Positions 62,634 through 64,000 of a stretch of DNA of 64,000 nt are shown here, in pieces. The notes under the pieces were generated by a model that saw nothing but the letters and a program-made list of their open reading frames with translations, was not told where the DNA came from and ran no database searches. The stretch is taken from the sequence record KY555144.1. One strand, given 5' to 3'. The position numbers and the translations under genes were made by a program. The stretch's first letter is position 1. Each line of letters begins with the position of its first letter.

Positions 62634-63080
62634 ATGTTCGCTTCCGTGACCCTTCCCGCCCATGACGCCCAAGGCCTGAGCCTCGAAACCGTCCACATGG
62701 TTTTCGCCCGCGAACTGGCGCAACATTTCGAACACGTGATTTCCGCCCCCGTGGTCGAAAGCTGGCGCGACGAGGAAACCGGCGCCGACCACGCGCAAGC
62801 CGCCGTTTGCTTCACCGTCTCGGCGACCCCGGCCGCGTGGGAAGCCAAGGGCGGGCGCCTCGCGCGCCGGCTGGAAAACCTCGCCGCGCGCTATGCCGCC
62901 GACTGCGACGCCCCGGCCCTGACGGTCACCCATTGCGACGGGCTAACGGTCTATGTCGGCGCTCTGGAAGCCCTGGCGCGCCCCGCTCCGGTGCAAGGCC
63001 CGACCCGCGACGCGGACCCGGCTTTCCTCCCCCGCCAGCGTGAGGACAAGGCCGCCCGCTTCGATCGCCTGACCGCCTAG
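62634..63080 (+). CDS. hypothetical protein
   Basis: GGAG RBS, ATG 62634. Confidence 0.8.
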   Translation: MFASVTLPAHDAQGLSLETVHMVFARELAQHFEHVISAPVVESWRDEETGADHAQAAVCFTVSATPAAWEAKGGRLARRLENLAARYAADCDAPALTVTHCDGLTVYVGALEALARPAPVQGPTRDADPAFLPRQREDKAARFDRLTA

Positions 63081-63097
63081 CCCCTGGCCTCCCCCCT

Positions 63098-63131
63098 AGC
63101 GCACCGCCCCTAGAAAGGCGGTGCGCTTTTC
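63098..63131 (+). terminator. Rho-independent terminator
   Basis: AGCGCACCGCC-N8-GGCGGTGCGCT-TTT. Confidence 0.8.
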
Positions 63132-63139
63132 TGTGTCTG

Positions 63140-63170
63140 TTTACTTGTTGTTAAGGAATAGCCTGCTAGT
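63140..63170 (+). promoter_or_regulatory. CtrA-box promoter (variant)
   Basis: TTTA-CTTGTTG-TTAAG..GCTAGT. Confidence 0.6.
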
Positions 63171-63223
63171 GTCCCCTTGTCGGCGGACGCATCCCGCGCC
63201 CGCCCCTCTCTGGATCGCTCCCC

Positions 63224-63616
63224 ATGGCCCGCCCCTCTGACCTGCTCAACGTCAACGCCGCCCGCGTCCTGGCTTGCCTTGAGCCTATCGCCGCCGCCGC
63301 TAAGACGGCCCCGGCCGCCGACCGCGCCGCCCTTTCCTACCTGCTCGACGCTGGCGAGTATGTCGCCGCGTGGCGCCGCAACCTCACGGAAACCGACCGC
63401 CGCAAGGCCTATGGCGCGGCCTGCGCCGCCGAAGCCCTGGCGCTCGCCAACGCCTATCAGCCCGCCACCCTGCAAGGCGGCGCCGTCCGCCGCGCTCTGG
63501 GCGCCTATGCCGCCGCCCTAAAGGTCCTGCTGGACGGGGAGCCGGTTAAGGCGGTCCGCGCCGCCGAAGGCGCGGCGCTTTCGGTCCGCGCTCGCTACGC
63601 CAACACCCGCCTTTAA
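63224..63616 (+). CDS. Ala-rich hypothetical protein
   Basis: GGA RBS; stop lies inside the next CtrA box. Confidence 0.75.
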   Translation: MARPSDLLNVNAARVLACLEPIAAAAKTAPAADRAALSYLLDAGEYVAAWRRNLTETDRRKAYGAACAAEALALANAYQPATLQGGAVRRALGAYAAALKVLLDGEPVKAVRAAEGAALSVRARYANTRL

Positions 63617-63643
63617 CCTCTTGTTAACACCCCCCGGCTATGG
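63613..63643 (+). promoter_or_regulatory. CtrA-box promoter (perfect site)
   Basis: TTAA-CCTCTTG-TTAAC..GGCTATGG. Confidence 0.75.
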
Positions 63644-63670
63644 TCGGGGGGTCGCAAGGAGACACCCGAC

Positions 63671-63865
63671 ATGACCCGCCCCGGCCCCGCCTCGCTCTTG
63701 ACCCCGCAAGCCCGCTTCTCGTCGTCGCGCGTCCTGATCCTTCCGGGCGCGGCGCCTATGCCGATTCGCCAGCCGCGCGGCCTTAGCGCCGTCGAGTGCG
63801 TCGCCCTTGGCGTGACGCTGGGCGCGGCGCTCTACCTCGCCGCCCGCGTGTTCGGTCTGGTCTGA
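63671..63865 (+). CDS. small membrane protein
   Basis: AAGGAG RBS; C-terminal hydrophobic helix. Confidence 0.7.
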   Translation: MTRPGPASLLTPQARFSSSRVLILPGAAPMPIRQPRGLSAVECVALGVTLGAALYLAARVFGLV

Positions 63866-63876
63866 CCAGACCCCCG

Positions 63877-63902
63877 CCCCGGCCCTACCGGTAGGGCCGG
63901 GG
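63877..63902. repeat. perfect 26-bp palindrome
   Basis: CCCCGGCCCTACCGGTAGGGCCGGGG. Confidence 0.92.
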
Positions 63903-64000
63903 GTGTGTCCCATAATGAGACACCCCCCGCCACCTAGTATCTTTTTTGATTCGGAGGGACCCAAAGGCCCCCTACGTTAACCATTTTTCGCGGCGCCCCC

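Noticed and set aside
62384-62848. Minus-strand ORF over the low-GC intergenic patch
   Set aside because: Antisense to 62634..63080 and its promoter; no RBS
1-64000. tRNA, rRNA, integrase or transposase genes
   Set aside because: No cloverleaf-like intergenic gaps or recombinase motifs recognised; a tRNAscan-SE/HMM run would be decisive

Overview
A 64-kb, GC-rich, gene-dense segment of a large Caulobacter phage of the phiCbK-like group (Dolichocephalovirinae). The assignment is inferred from an intein-containing TerL, a phage GcrA, a Caulobacter-type XRE regulator and CtrA boxes; no database search was possible. Layout: 1-8.4 kb is a leftward arm (DUF4326, HAD nucleotidase, XRE/tgrL-like, 707-aa protein, gcrA). 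8.5-46.3 kb is a rightward run of about 85 mostly small hypothetical genes; recognisable ones are a phosphohistidine-swivel-domain fusion, DUF1937, a Tat-signal protein, a PPP-family phosphatase, a DUF2135-like protein and an HNH nuclease. That run is driven by a repeated sigma70 promoter plus GACGACAAC leader cassette. 46.5-48.3 kb holds a multi-HTH gene and an AT-rich origin-like block. 48.3-54.3 kb holds a RuvC-like resolvase, probable TerS and TerL with a Pro1 intein. 54.3-56 kb is a highly structured, mostly non-coding block of arrays and palindromes. 56-64 kb is a terminal-repeat-like block of small genes behind eight CtrA-box promoters. Many ORF-track starts were trimmed to RBS- or overlap-supported starts. 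No tRNA, rRNA or CRISPR array was seen.
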